Sequence record: OL436245.1
DNA length: 64,000 nt
Origin: Staphylococcus phage vB_SurM-PSU4
Direction: 5' to 3' (one strand)
The position numbers and the translations under genes were made by a program. Under the pieces are notes generated by a model. The model was not told where the DNA came from, did not search any database, and saw only the letters and a program-made list of their open reading frames with translations. Below, piece by piece: positions 1 through 8,700 of the stretch. Every line of letters begins with the position of its first letter. The stretch's first letter is position 1.

Positions 1-330
1 ATAGTTTTTTCTTTTAACATAATTTATTATTTCTACAATTACGTATCCTACAATTACACCTATAGATGATACAGACATAACAATCCAAATATCAATAAAA
101 TAACTGTAACGTGATGTATTTGAGACAGTATTTAGAATATCATACCTAATTAATGATGCTGTTTCCCTAAACATTATTGTTAAGTATACTGTTGATACTA
201 ATATTATAACATAAAATATTGAATCGAACAATATTGTTTGTTTAGGTCTAAATTGAACAATAATTATACCTAAGATAAGTAGAGAAGAAATAAAAGCTAA
301 AATTGACGTTACTAAGATACCTATATCCAT
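1..330 (-). CDS. Membrane protein (partial, extends past window start); start ATG at 328-330
   Basis: Open minus-strand frame from ATG 330 to the window edge, with an AGGTG RBS upstream. The translation (MDIGILVTSILAFISSLLILGIIIVQF...) is strongly hydrophobic with multiple predicted TM helices. Confidence 0.45.
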   Translation of the reverse strand, partial: MDIGILVTSILAFISSLLILGIIIVQFRPKQTILFDSIFYVIILVSTVYLTIMFRETASLIRYDILNTVSNTSRYSYFIDIWIVMSVSSIGVIVGYVIVEIINYVKRKNY

Positions 331-399
331 TTTATACACCTACTTTTTTAAGCTCTATAGTCTAATATATCAACGTTTATAAAATAAAAAAGAAGAGGT

Positions 400-1716
400 T
401 TATTCCTCTTCTTCTTCTTCTTCTGTTTGTTCTTCTTCTGTTTGTTCTTCTTGATATTGTTCTTGAGATTGTTCTGTTTGTTGTTCTTGAGATTGTTCTG
501 TTTGTTGTTCTTGAGATTGTTCTGTTTGTTGTTCTTGAGATTGTTCTTTAATTGCAGGTTCTAAAGGTACCATTGGAATAACTTCATTAGGTATTACAGG
601 TTCTAAAGGTACCATAGGTTGTTCTTGAGATTGTTCTGTTTGTTGTTCTTGAGATTGTTCTGTTTGTTGTTCTTGAGATTGTTCTTTAATTGCAGGTTCT
701 AAAGGTACCATTGGAATAACTTCATTAGGTATTGCAGGTTCTAAAGGTACCATAGGTTGTTCTTGTACTTTATTAGAAGATTCTAAAGTTACATCAGGTT
801 TTCTATATGGTACATTATTGTCATCTTCAATAGGTTGTTGAGGTTCTATAGGAACAAAAGACTCTGGAACTGTTTGATTATCTGTAGTATCTTGAGGTAC
901 CGTAGGTTCTTCCACAGGGTCTTGAGGTTCTATTGGTGTGTTAGGAAGAATTGGTTGTTCTATAGGTTTTTCAGATAAATTAGGTTGTTGTACTTGAGGA
1001 ACTTCGGGTGTTATAGGTTGTTGTACTTCTGGTTGTGCTTGAGGAACTTGTGGTTGCTCTACAGATGTAACAGGAGGTGCTTCTCCTTGATTATTACCTT
1101 GTGGTGGAACAATTGGTTCATTTTGTACTTGATTTCCTACAGGGTTACTTTGAGTTGGTTCTGTAGGTGTTGTAGGTGTATTATTAACACTTTCTACAAT
1201 ATCCTGTTCAGAACTATTTAAATCTTTACTATCTCCTTGTATTCCTTCTATAACTTTTTCCTTATCTATCTTATCTAACATACCTTTAGGAACTTCTACT
1301 TTCCCTATTCCGTCATCCCCTTGCACAATTCTAGGTTTATCAATCTTACTATTCTCTTTAATATCTTTACTAATTAGAACTAAGTCATCATACTTAGAGG
1401 AACCTTCATTATATTTATCTAATTGCTTATTCTGTTCTTTGGTACTTAATTCATTAAAACCTTTATAATTTGTTTCCTTCTTAACCTTTTTGATTTCTTC
1501 TTTCGCTTGACTTAATTTCTTAGCATAATTCTCAGAAATTTTATCATCTTTCTTATCTTCTTCTTTATAAATTTCTATTGTTCTTTCTTTTTCTTGTATC
1601 TCGTTTTGATACTCTTTGACTTGTTGATAGAAGATAATGAAACCAATCATAATTAAGATGATAAAGAATATAAAAATATTTAAGATTAAACTTTTACCAC
1701 TCTCTTTATTTTTCAT
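400..1716 (-). CDS. Membrane-anchored repetitive Pro/Gln/Glu-rich protein (N-terminal TM helix, coiled-coil, long low-complexity C-terminal repeats)
   Basis: 438-aa ORF with an N-terminal hydrophobic segment (LILNIFIFFIILIMIGFIIF), a K/E-rich coiled-coil, and PQ-rich and EQSQEQQT tandem repeats ending in a poly-E tail. Confidence 0.6.
   Translation of the reverse strand: MKNKESGKSLILNIFIFFIILIMIGFIIFYQQVKEYQNEIQEKERTIEIYKEEDKKDDKISENYAKKLSQAKEEIKKVKKETNYKGFNELSTKEQNKQLDKYNEGSSKYDDLVLISKDIKENSKIDKPRIVQGDDGIGKVEVPKGMLDKIDKEKVIEGIQGDSKDLNSSEQDIVESVNNTPTTPTEPTQSNPVGNQVQNEPIVPPQGNNQGEAPPVTSVEQPQVPQAQPEVQQPITPEVPQVQQPNLSEKPIEQPILPNTPIEPQDPVEEPTVPQDTTDNQTVPESFVPIEPQQPIEDDNNVPYRKPDVTLESSNKVQEQPMVPLEPAIPNEVIPMVPLEPAIKEQSQEQQTEQSQEQQTEQSQEQPMVPLEPVIPNEVIPMVPLEPAIKEQSQEQQTEQSQEQQTEQSQEQQTEQSQEQYQEEQTEEEQTEEEEEEE
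430..780. repeat. Intragenic tandem DNA repeats (24-nt unit ttgttcttgagattgttctgtttg in several copies, plus a ~100-nt unit repeated twice)
   Basis: Direct repeats visible at 451-560 and 631-700 (24-mers). The longer unit at ~537-640 recurs at ~675-778. At protein level these encode the QTEQSQEQ and MVPLEPAIPNEVIP repeats. Confidence 0.7.
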
Positions 1717-1731
1717 TGGGAAACCCTTTCT

Positions 1732-2082
1732 TTATTTAGTATTCCCCATAATATCTTTAAACTCCTTAAAATCAAAACTTTTACTCACTTTAAATATAAC
1801 ATTTATAATCGTTATATTTCCTTTTGAAGTTTTTTCTGTTGTATGCTCTAGGCTTACATTTATACCTGTTTCTTCTTTTCTATTGATTACACCTGCTAAT
1901 TTAATAAAACTTTTAGCTTCTTTTCTTGATTTTTCATCTTCCACAATGTCTACAAGAGGGTCTGAGTCATCAATTAACATATTGGGGATAGGGATAGCGA
2001 TTTCGTTAAATTCATAGTGTGTATCTTCAAAGTTAATCTTCTCAAGTTTCTTTTTCAATGAATCATAAAAACGATTACCCAT
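1732..2082 (-). CDS. Hypothetical protein
   Basis: 116-aa ORF whose start overlaps the stop of the upstream ORF (operon-like); no recognisable motif. Confidence 0.45.
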   Translation of the reverse strand: MGNRFYDSLKKKLEKINFEDTHYEFNEIAIPIPNMLIDDSDPLVDIVEDEKSRKEAKSFIKLAGVINRKEETGINVSLEHTTEKTSKGNITIINVIFKVSKSFDFKEFKDIMGNTK

Positions 2083-2572
2083 TATTTCTCTCCTCTAATT
2101 TTTGTTTTATTTTCTCTTCTGCCTCTTTTTCTTTTTGTTCTTTTTCTTCAAATAATGTTTTATCCATAAATGAAATTGTAAAATTATATTCATTACCAGA
2201 TAAAATATTACCTACTGCTGTATCTGTGATTTTAATATTTGAACCTAAAGGTAGTACATTTCCTTTTTCAACTTCTTCTCGGAACTTAACGTTAATCTCA
2301 TAAATATTTAAGTTATTATCAAAAGCTAACTTAAACATTTTATTGTGTTCTTCTGTAGTTAAAGGGTCATTTTGATGACTTTGGAAAAGTAATTGATGAC
2401 TGTAGTATTTCTGTTCTTCTGATTGAGGTGCTTGCCATAATACTTTATATTCAGAATAGAGATTATAAGCTACCTTAGATAAGTTTGTTACAAACTCTTC
2501 AACAGCCTTTTTCTTATTGTCTGAGCCCTTAATTAATGATTCTAATGTGTTATTGTTTAAAACTTTCTCCAT
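2075..2572 (-). CDS. Hypothetical protein
   Basis: 165-aa ORF immediately downstream of the terL terminator region on the minus strand. Confidence 0.5.
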   Translation of the reverse strand: MEKVLNNNTLESLIKGSDNKKKAVEEFVTNLSKVAYNLYSEYKVLWQAPQSEEQKYYSHQLLFQSHQNDPLTTEEHNKMFKLAFDNNLNIYEINVKFREEVEKGNVLPLGSNIKITDTAVGNILSGNEYNFTISFMDKTLFEEKEQKEKEAEEKIKQKLEERNNG

Positions 2573-2745
2573 AATAATAAATCTCCTTATTTTAGTTTTC
2601 TTTGTATATCTCTTAGTTTATATTCTATTTTCCCTTTTCTTTTAAGTTGTAATAGGTTTTTAAATAGAGTAACTAAAAAGATTAGTACAAAACCTATTAT
2701 ACACCCAAATAATATCAATGTCAACCGCCACCTAAATTTTTCCTT

Positions 2746-2777
2746 TATAAAAACCGTAAGCCTTAAACTTACGGTTT
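2746..2777 (-). terminator. Rho-independent terminator after terL (minus strand)
   Basis: Inverted repeat aaaccgtaag/cttacggttt followed on the minus strand by a T-rich tract (TTTTTATAAAGGAAAAATTT). Confidence 0.55.
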
Positions 2778-2781
2778 AGTT

Positions 2782-3546
2782 TTAATCATCTAAAAAGAAT
2801 TCGTTATTGTCTTCATAACTTGTGTTAATGAATACAGAATCAAATTCATTTTCATTATTTTTAATGTATAAGTCTTCTAGACGTGATAGACCAATTCTCG
2901 CATATATACTTGCTTGACTATAATGGTCATCACCTTTTCTCTTGATTACTTGATACATTTCTTCTGTCTTGCTATCTTCTTCATCTCTGATGACCACATT
3001 TTGCCAATGTTTAAGAAGTATAGCTTTATCATTATCATTTTCTTGGTAAATTCTTATTCTACCTGTTTTTAAATCTTGGATATAAATTTTGTTCTGCATC
3101 AATTTATCTACAGTAACAATATTTGAATTCTCGTTAAACACAGGTTTAATTTGTCCAGTAGATTTAGGAGATGATTTGTAAGTACAACCAAACACAATAT
3201 CTTCACCGAAGTATTGTTGGAGTCTTAGTAAGTTGTTTCCTGAATCTCCTGTATCTGCTACAATAATATCTGGGTTATACTTAGAAAATTCTACACGTAT
3301 TTTTTCTATATCCGATTCAACCATGTTAGGGTTTTTATTTCGTTTAACATTAAATAACCTAATGAGGTCTATCTTACCATCTTCAGTCATTCCATGAATT
3401 GTACAATAATGAATATTACCCCAATCCACTGATGCTGCGATAAATTTATAATCCCCTCTATTAAACATTTGTTTCTTAGCAATAGGAGATTGGTTGTTGT
3501 AAATATCTTCTTGTAATACTTTCATCTTCTGGTCTTCGTATGGAAA
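2782..3546 (-). CDS. terL: Terminase large subunit, last exon (C-terminal RNaseH-like nuclease domain); exon start approximate
   Basis: The translation carries the typical TerL nuclease motifs (FIAASVDWG, IVADTGDSG). The exon start at ~3546 is inferred by analogy to other intron 3' ends in this window (ggtagtaacg|tttcc). The ORF track lists 2782-3561 from a GTG start. Confidence 0.75.
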   Translation of the reverse strand, partial: FPYEDQKMKVLQEDIYNNQSPIAKKQMFNRGDYKFIAASVDWGNIHYCTIHGMTEDGKIDLIRLFNVKRNKNPNMVESDIEKIRVEFSKYNPDIIVADTGDSGNNLLRLQQYFGEDIVFGCTYKSSPKSTGQIKPVFNENSNIVTVDKLMQNKIYIQDLKTGRIRIYQENDNDKAILLKHWQNVVIRDEEDSKTEEMYQVIKRKGDDHYSQASIYARIGLSRLEDLYIKNNENEFDSVFINTSYEDNNEFFLDD

Positions 3547-4118
3547 CGTTACTACCGTCACTTTCGTGATATTTATATACGGACTAGACTATATCATATT
3601 CCTTATTTTTGACTAAGGAATCTCTACTTTACAGGTCGTTAACCTTCTCTTATAGTTCTACCTTACCTCATTTAGTAAGTTACCTATAAACTTAGTCGTT
3701 AGGCATTTATCTACTTTGTAGAATTTAGCAATTGATTGCCCTCATCTTTACATGTTAGGGGTTTCCAATTTTAGTAGAGTTATTCGATATACATTACTGT
3801 ATAAAGGGGCTATCCCGCTAACCCAGCGTGTAGTTGTAGAACAATTGAGTTGATTCAGTATTCATTTCTTTTTCTTTTAATTCACTAGCTGAAATCCAAC
3901 ATTTTTTTGTTACGATTGAGTTCGTTATTCTCAACCTTCTATATATCGCTATATAAGTTCAGACTATATCTTTACCTTATCAAATGAGACTTAGGTATCC
4001 TCTGTTTCGTGCTACTTAGCACTACTAATTAGTCGTTGCACGTTCTCTTATTACAAGAGCTTCGCTCATGATTATCTCTAATGAGAGACTTCCCATGAAT
4101 TAAAAGGACTTCACTCTA
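3547..4118 (-). mobile_element. ORF-less group I intron region in terL containing two P7-like cores; probably two introns flanking a cryptic ~100-nt micro-exon (~3821-3922)
   Basis: Two copies of the caacgacta...gatatagtct (P7 5'/3') motif pair are present. Between them, an open frame of 35 codons (NSIVTKKCWISASELKEKEMNTESTQLFYNYTLG) begins exactly at the predicted intron end. The same arrangement is seen in the tail-tube gene. Confidence 0.5.
3821..3922 (-). CDS. terL: Candidate terL micro-exon (cryptic, <60 aa, not in ORF track)
   Basis: The frame is open only in the exon-compatible phase. It is bounded by a ...gagaataacg intron-3'-like end and a gcccctttatacag intron-5'-like sequence. Inference only. 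Confidence 0.35.
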
Positions 4119-4499
4119 TACATTTCTATATAGAGGGGCTTGGTTAACCGCATTTAGCTGTGAAATAAAATAACCTCTTGTTCCTTTTCCACCTTTAGTT
4201 CTTTCAGGATACTTACAGTGCCATTCTCCGTTATACCATCTATCTAGAAGTTTACCACATTTTTGACAAACAAATTGGTAACTTCCTTCTTGCACTGTTT
4301 TAGCCATTTCGTCAACACCTTCAGGATTGACTAATAGGATATTTCCACTCTTCTCTAAGTTATCTGGGTCATAGTCTTCATAACTCATTTCATTTAAGTA
4401 ATCACAATGTGTACATCTATGACCATAATACCATTGGTCAGATTGCATATAGAGTTTATGAATTCCCATATTTGGAGTCGTCTTCAACATTACTATTTT
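4119..4499 (-). CDS. terL: Terminase large subunit exon (approximate boundaries)
   Basis: ORF 4116-4502 translates to ...YFISQLNAV..., lying between intron-like sequences. The putative upstream intron ends in ...gagatagtccattttattatg. Confidence 0.6.
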
Positions 4500-5691
4500 C
4501 ATAATAAAATGGACTATCTCATAATCCTTAGTTTTGGTTAAGGATTCTCTGCTTTACGATTTTATAAATAACTAAAAATAACTTCTTTTATTTCTTCATC
4601 TGTATAAGTATAGGGTATTCTTAATAAATCTATATTATTTTTTTCAGCATAATTATTTTTAATATTATCTCTTCTTTGTTGGTCTTTCAATTTTTTAGCC
4701 CCACCAAAAAATTCTACAGGTTTACTATGCTGAATTCCATCATATTCTATAAGAAGGTTTTTACTAGGAATATAAAAATCAAAAGGTAAGTATTTACCTC
4801 TAACTTTTAAATCTTCATATACTTTTTGTATTTCGTAAGTAACTTTATTATCTTTTAGAACTCTCTCTACTTTTCTCTCACCCTTAGATTGTTTACAAAA
4901 AGGACATCTATTACCATTTAAAAAATCTTTAGGTGTAACATAGTAATCAGAACCACAACCTTTATGATGAACAACAACATTTGACCTATTATTAATATAC
5001 TCAGATTTTAAAATAAATTCACCCTCACCTTTTTGTAATACCTCTTTTTTAAATTCCTCAGTAGTTTTTCTTCTATTACCAAAACAATAGGGGCATCTAT
5101 TACCTCTTAAGAAATCTTTAGGTGTCATATCAAAAATATTATCACATTTGAAATGTTTTATTTTTATCTTAGTAGTGCTTCTTCTATACTTTGTTAGTTG
5201 TTGATACTCTTCTTTTGCTATTTCTTTGAATTCTTTTTCAAAAATATAAGGATTTTTTCTTGTTGTGTTACATGAACATCTTCTATTATCATAGAAAAAA
5301 TGATTGGGTGTTGTTGTGAATATCTCACCACAATCAGTATGGAAAAAATCCATATTTACGTTACCTTTTATATATTCTGATTTAACCTTGTATTCTTCCC
5401 CTACTTTATTATACAATCTTTCTTTTATATCTTCTGTAGTTACTTTTTTAGTCATTTAAATCATCCTCTTATTAATATTTTATTCAATTATAACAAATAA
5501 ATATTAATAAGTCAATGATTATTTAAAATCTTTTATCTGATTCTACCTTACTCCTTTTAGTAAGTTACTCAGAAATTTAGTCTCTAGGCATTTACAAGTA
5601 TATAACTTGATTTAGCAATTGATTGTCTACAGCATTATCTGTTTAGAGTTTCCAATTTTAACAGAGTTTTTCAAAACAAATTACTTTGTTA
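4500..5691 (-). mobile_element. Group I intron in terL carrying a homing-endonuclease ORF
   Basis: The intron begins TAACAAAG right after exon ...CGTGGGGCT, giving an in-frame UAA. It has aattggaaac/gcaatcaattgctaaat family motifs and a 3' gagatagtcc core, and the 297-aa ORF sits inside. Confidence 0.65.
4562..5455 (-). CDS. Intron-encoded homing endonuclease, triple CxxC zinc-ribbon N-terminus plus Vsr/DUF559-like PD-(D/E)XK C-terminus
   Basis: The repeat C-x3-F-x3-P-x2-F-L-x-G-N-R-C-P-x-C occurs three times. The C-terminus reads LIEYDGIQH...FFGG...QQRRDNIKNNY...LLRIPYT and is shared with the ORFs at 6065-7048 and 27740-28675. Confidence 0.65.
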   Translation of the reverse strand: MTKKVTTEDIKERLYNKVGEEYKVKSEYIKGNVNMDFFHTDCGEIFTTTPNHFFYDNRRCSCNTTRKNPYIFEKEFKEIAKEEYQQLTKYRRSTTKIKIKHFKCDNIFDMTPKDFLRGNRCPYCFGNRRKTTEEFKKEVLQKGEGEFILKSEYINNRSNVVVHHKGCGSDYYVTPKDFLNGNRCPFCKQSKGERKVERVLKDNKVTYEIQKVYEDLKVRGKYLPFDFYIPSKNLLIEYDGIQHSKPVEFFGGAKKLKDQQRRDNIKNNYAEKNNIDLLRIPYTYTDEEIKEVIFSYL

Positions 5692-5997
5692 AGCCCCACG
5701 ATTTAACATAGGGGTACTCCAACGTCTTATAACCTTGAAAGGTGAACTTGACATTGATTCCATTGCTGATGATTCTGATGATGAAGGTACTCTATCATAT
5801 TCATCCAGTGACAAATAATCAATATCCACACCTTCTAAAGCTTTAGGTGTAGAACTTGTTCTAAAGAACATACTTGAATTTCTTATTTGTTTATATTTTA
5901 ATGAGTCATTATCTTGGTTAATGATGCTTGCAAAATAAGGTTGTTGCAATGTAGGGTTTATCCTACTTTGTACGAATTTCTGCATTTGGTCACTGGT
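5692..5997 (-). CDS. terL: Terminase large subunit exon (contains IDYLSLDEYD Walker-B-like motif); boundaries approximate
   Basis: ORF 5689-6000. A hhhhDE Walker B-like motif is followed by a Ser/Thr-rich segment. The exon is followed directly by an intron starting TAACAAAG. Confidence 0.6.
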
Positions 5998-7318
5998 CAT
6001 TTTTACCCCTAGTTTCCTAGTATTTAAAGGGATTAGACTATATCATAAGAATACATTTATATATTTAAATACGGACTGTATTCTTCTCTGCTTTACTTCC
6101 TAATAAGTATTTATCTTTTAAGTCTTCTAAGTAATTTATAAGTTTTATTCCTGCTATTGTGTAAGGTATTCTAATCATCTCAATGTTATTATCTTTAGCG
6201 TACTTATTTTTTATATCATCTCTTATTTGTTGCTTTTTGAAGGCTTCTAAACCTCCAAAATATTCTATAGGTTCATAATGTTGTTTCCCATCATATTCAA
6301 TAAAAAGCCCATTCTCACCATAATCAGGTATATAAAAATCAAACTTTAAAATGTTAATATATCTACAATCCTCAAATGATTTTTGAAACTCATATATTAT
6401 ACCTTCATCTTTTAAAAATCCCGCTATTATATCTTCGCCATTAGAAATACTACTACATTGAGGGCATCCTGTTAACCTTAAAACATGATTAGGTTCAGCT
6501 TTAAAAACACATTTACACTCATTACATTGGAAAGATGTTTTAGTATGAGTATTTACATAATCACCTATCAAACTTATTTTACCTTTGTGAAAATACTCTA
6601 ATTGTTCTTGAACAACATCTATCTTCTTACGTTGAGATTCTTTAACATTTTCTATGATACATTGAGGACATACATTCTTCCTTCTTTTACTTATCATATT
6701 TATAGGTGTATTATAAAAATAAAAATCATGTACATTACATTTTAATTTTATACTTTCCGAATATCCTGTATATTCACCAATAACAGAAATATTATTATTG
6801 TACTTTTTATTTATCTCATCTTTAAACGTATCTGTTGTTTTAATTCTTTTTTGATTATCACAATAATAACATCTACTATTTCCTGTTAGGAAATTATTTG
6901 GTTTTACAGACCATTCATTACCACAAATGTTATGTTTCATAAGTATTTTATCTCTAGTTCTTGTATACTTACCAATAACTGTGTATTCATTACCTACTAA
7001 ATCATATATTTCTCGTTCAAATTCTTCTTGTGTTTTCTTTTTAGACATTCTTATCCCCCTTTCTTATCTTTTTATACTTATTAGGTTTTCTTATACTATT
7101 TTCGTTATCTCCATTCAGATAACTATTAGTAAGTTTAGTCGTTAGACATTTATCCTAACATTACTATATCATATATAAATATAGTTGTCAAGAATTTAGT
7201 ACGGTAGGTTCCCACTATCTGTGTATAGTCAGAGTTAGGGTTTCTTACCAGTATATTGTTTATCTATACATTATTTTACTATGCCCGTTTAACAGAGTTT
7301 TAGTTCCCCACTCTGTTA
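5998..7318 (-). mobile_element. Group I intron in terL carrying a homing-endonuclease ORF
   Basis: The intron starts TAACAGAG directly after the exon codon ...ATGAAA. Its 3' end reads gatatagtctaatccctttaaatactaggaaactaggggtaaaaatg, and the 327-aa ORF sits inside. Confidence 0.65.
6065..7048 (-). CDS. Intron-encoded homing endonuclease (CxxC zinc-ribbon repeats plus Vsr/DUF559-like nuclease motif), paralog of 4562-5455
   Basis: Several CxxC/CPxC zinc-ribbon modules are followed by the C-terminus FIEYDGKQHYEPIEYFGG...QQIRDDIKNKY...MIRIPYT. Confidence 0.65.
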   Translation of the reverse strand: MSKKKTQEEFEREIYDLVGNEYTVIGKYTRTRDKILMKHNICGNEWSVKPNNFLTGNSRCYYCDNQKRIKTTDTFKDEINKKYNNNISVIGEYTGYSESIKLKCNVHDFYFYNTPINMISKRRKNVCPQCIIENVKESQRKKIDVVQEQLEYFHKGKISLIGDYVNTHTKTSFQCNECKCVFKAEPNHVLRLTGCPQCSSISNGEDIIAGFLKDEGIIYEFQKSFEDCRYINILKFDFYIPDYGENGLFIEYDGKQHYEPIEYFGGLEAFKKQQIRDDIKNKYAKDNNIEMIRIPYTIAGIKLINYLEDLKDKYLLGSKAEKNTVRI

Positions 7319-7473
7319 TTTCATAGGGAACGTGAACATACACTTGACAGAATCTTTACTATGTGTATCTGCAAAATGCAACATCTTATTGTATCCAACT
7401 TCACTTAATCCAAGTTGTCTCGATTTAAGTACTGCTATGTTAGGGTGTTTATCATTTATTATGGCAATCTGCC
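7319..7473 (-). CDS. terL: Candidate cryptic terL exon (~51 aa) with Walker-A-like SRQLGLS motif; not in ORF track
   Basis: The minus-strand translation is GQIAIINDKHPNIAVLKSRQLGLSEVGYNKMLHFADTHSKDSVKCMFTFPMK. It is flanked upstream by an intron 3'-end motif (...ctaggggtataaaacg) and downstream by TAACAGAG. SRQLG resembles the T4 gp17-type Walker A region. Confidence 0.45.
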
Positions 7474-7734
7474 CGTTTTATACCCCTAGTTTCCTAGTAT
7501 TTAAAGGGTTTGGACTATCTCATAGTTACTAATTTAGGTAAGTAACCCTCTTCTGTTACTTCTCTTAAAAAGAGCTTTCTTATACTGTTCTACACTCAAC
7601 CATTTATGAGCTTACCAGTAATTTTAGTCTCTAGGCATTTATGACTTATTAAGCCAATTTAGCAATTGATTGTCCTCGTCTTTACGTTAGGAGTTTCCAA
7701 TTTTAAGAAGAGTTTAAAGACCACAGCAAATTTA
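7474..7734 (-). mobile_element. ORF-less group I intron in terL (between exon 1 and the cryptic exon)
   Basis: It contains the same family motifs as the other terL introns (aattggaaactcctaacgtaaagacgaggacaatcaattgctaaatt ... gagatagtccaaaccctttaaatactaggaaactaggggtataaaacg). Confidence 0.5.
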
Positions 7735-7935
7735 TGGTCTATGAGCTTGAGCTTTACTTTTATCTCTATTTGGTATAGAAAAAGTAATATTATGCCCACG
7801 AATTAAATTGTGTTTCAACATATAAGCAGTAGTACTAGACATTGTTAATACATAATCTAATTGTTCTTGGGTAACATTTGTAGTTCCATATGTGGATATG
7901 AGTAAGTCTTTTAATTGTTTTCCATCCATTTTCAT
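7735..7935 (-). CDS. terL: Terminase large subunit, first exon (N-terminus); 3' boundary approximate
   Basis: The ATG at 7935 directly follows the stop of the upstream gene. The ORF closes at 7732 with TAA, and TAAATTTGC resembles the UAAC-type intron starts seen elsewhere in the gene. Confidence 0.5.
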
Positions 7936-7937
7936 AA

Positions 7938-8408
7938 TTAAAATGTCTCCGCATTTTGTTTATTCATAAGCTTCTCTTTTTCTGTAACCATTTCTGCTAC
8001 CTCATCGGCAGTCATTTCAGATAACTTATCTAAGTCCACATATTCATTTCCGTCTTCATCTACTTCACCTGTAGTTTCAACGAAGTTACTTAGTACAGCA
8101 CGTTCTTTTTCTCCTAATGCAGGTAGCGTACCCATACCACCTGAAGAGTTACCATTCATTTCACTAATTTGTCCGTACATGACTAATAATTTATAGATGT
8201 CGTTTGTGTCGTTTACATTGATTTCTCCACGCTCGACTTTATCTTCTAGTTTAATCATAAGTTTTTGTATGACACTTAAAAAACCATTGGATATAGCTTC
8301 ATTAGCATCTTCATTCTCTCGCTTTTTTTGCTTGAGTTGGTTTCTCATCGTATCTACTCTTGACTTCAAAAGTAAATCACTCCTCTTTCTTGTATTTATA
8401 ACAATCAC
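7938..8408 (-). CDS. Hypothetical acidic protein immediately upstream of terL (candidate terminase small subunit, unproven)
   Basis: 156-aa ORF with a basic N-terminus and acidic C-terminus. Only its position relative to terL suggests a packaging role. Confidence 0.4.
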   Translation of the reverse strand: MIVINTRKRSDLLLKSRVDTMRNQLKQKKRENEDANEAISNGFLSVIQKLMIKLEDKVERGEINVNDTNDIYKLLVMYGQISEMNGNSSGGMGTLPALGEKERAVLSNFVETTGEVDEDGNEYVDLDKLSEMTADEVAEMVTEKEKLMNKQNAETF

Positions 8409-8700
8409 TTAGTTTGTGACATATATCTAGTTGTAATACTTCACTGAAAACTAAGTGTAGGTGGTCATGCGAAGCAAAGGCTTTACCTGTTAGTTTATCA
8501 TATGTTGATAAGCTTCTCCCACAAATAGAGCATACCCTCGAAGAACTTGATATTCTTTTATCTCCTCTTTTTATATGTGTAACTTTAGATGCTCTTCTCT
8601 TTAACTTGTTCCTCGTCAGTTTTATCTTTTCTTTCAAGGTTTCTTCCACTCTCCTCACGAACTTTAGCTCGCATTCGAATCTCCTCTTTTGATATACCAT
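8377..8700 (-). CDS. Possible small Zn-binding protein (CSICGR...HDHLH); overlaps next ORF, doubtful
   Basis: 107-aa ORF overlapping 8585-8974 in another frame, with no clear RBS. Confidence 0.25.
   Translation of the reverse strand: MVYQKRRFECELKFVRRVEETLKEKIKLTRNKLKRRASKVTHIKRGDKRISSSSRVCSICGRSLSTYDKLTGKAFASHDHLHLVFSEVLQLDICHKLSDCYKYKKEE

Noticed and set aside
985-2303. Several plus-strand ORFs (985-1221, 1637-2017, 2058-2303) antisense to minus-strand genes
   Set aside because: They are shadow ORFs within better-supported minus-strand coding regions, with no RBS.
7332-7532. 66-aa plus-strand ORF within the terL intron region
   Set aside because: It lies antisense to a probable terL mini-exon and intron core, and has no RBS.
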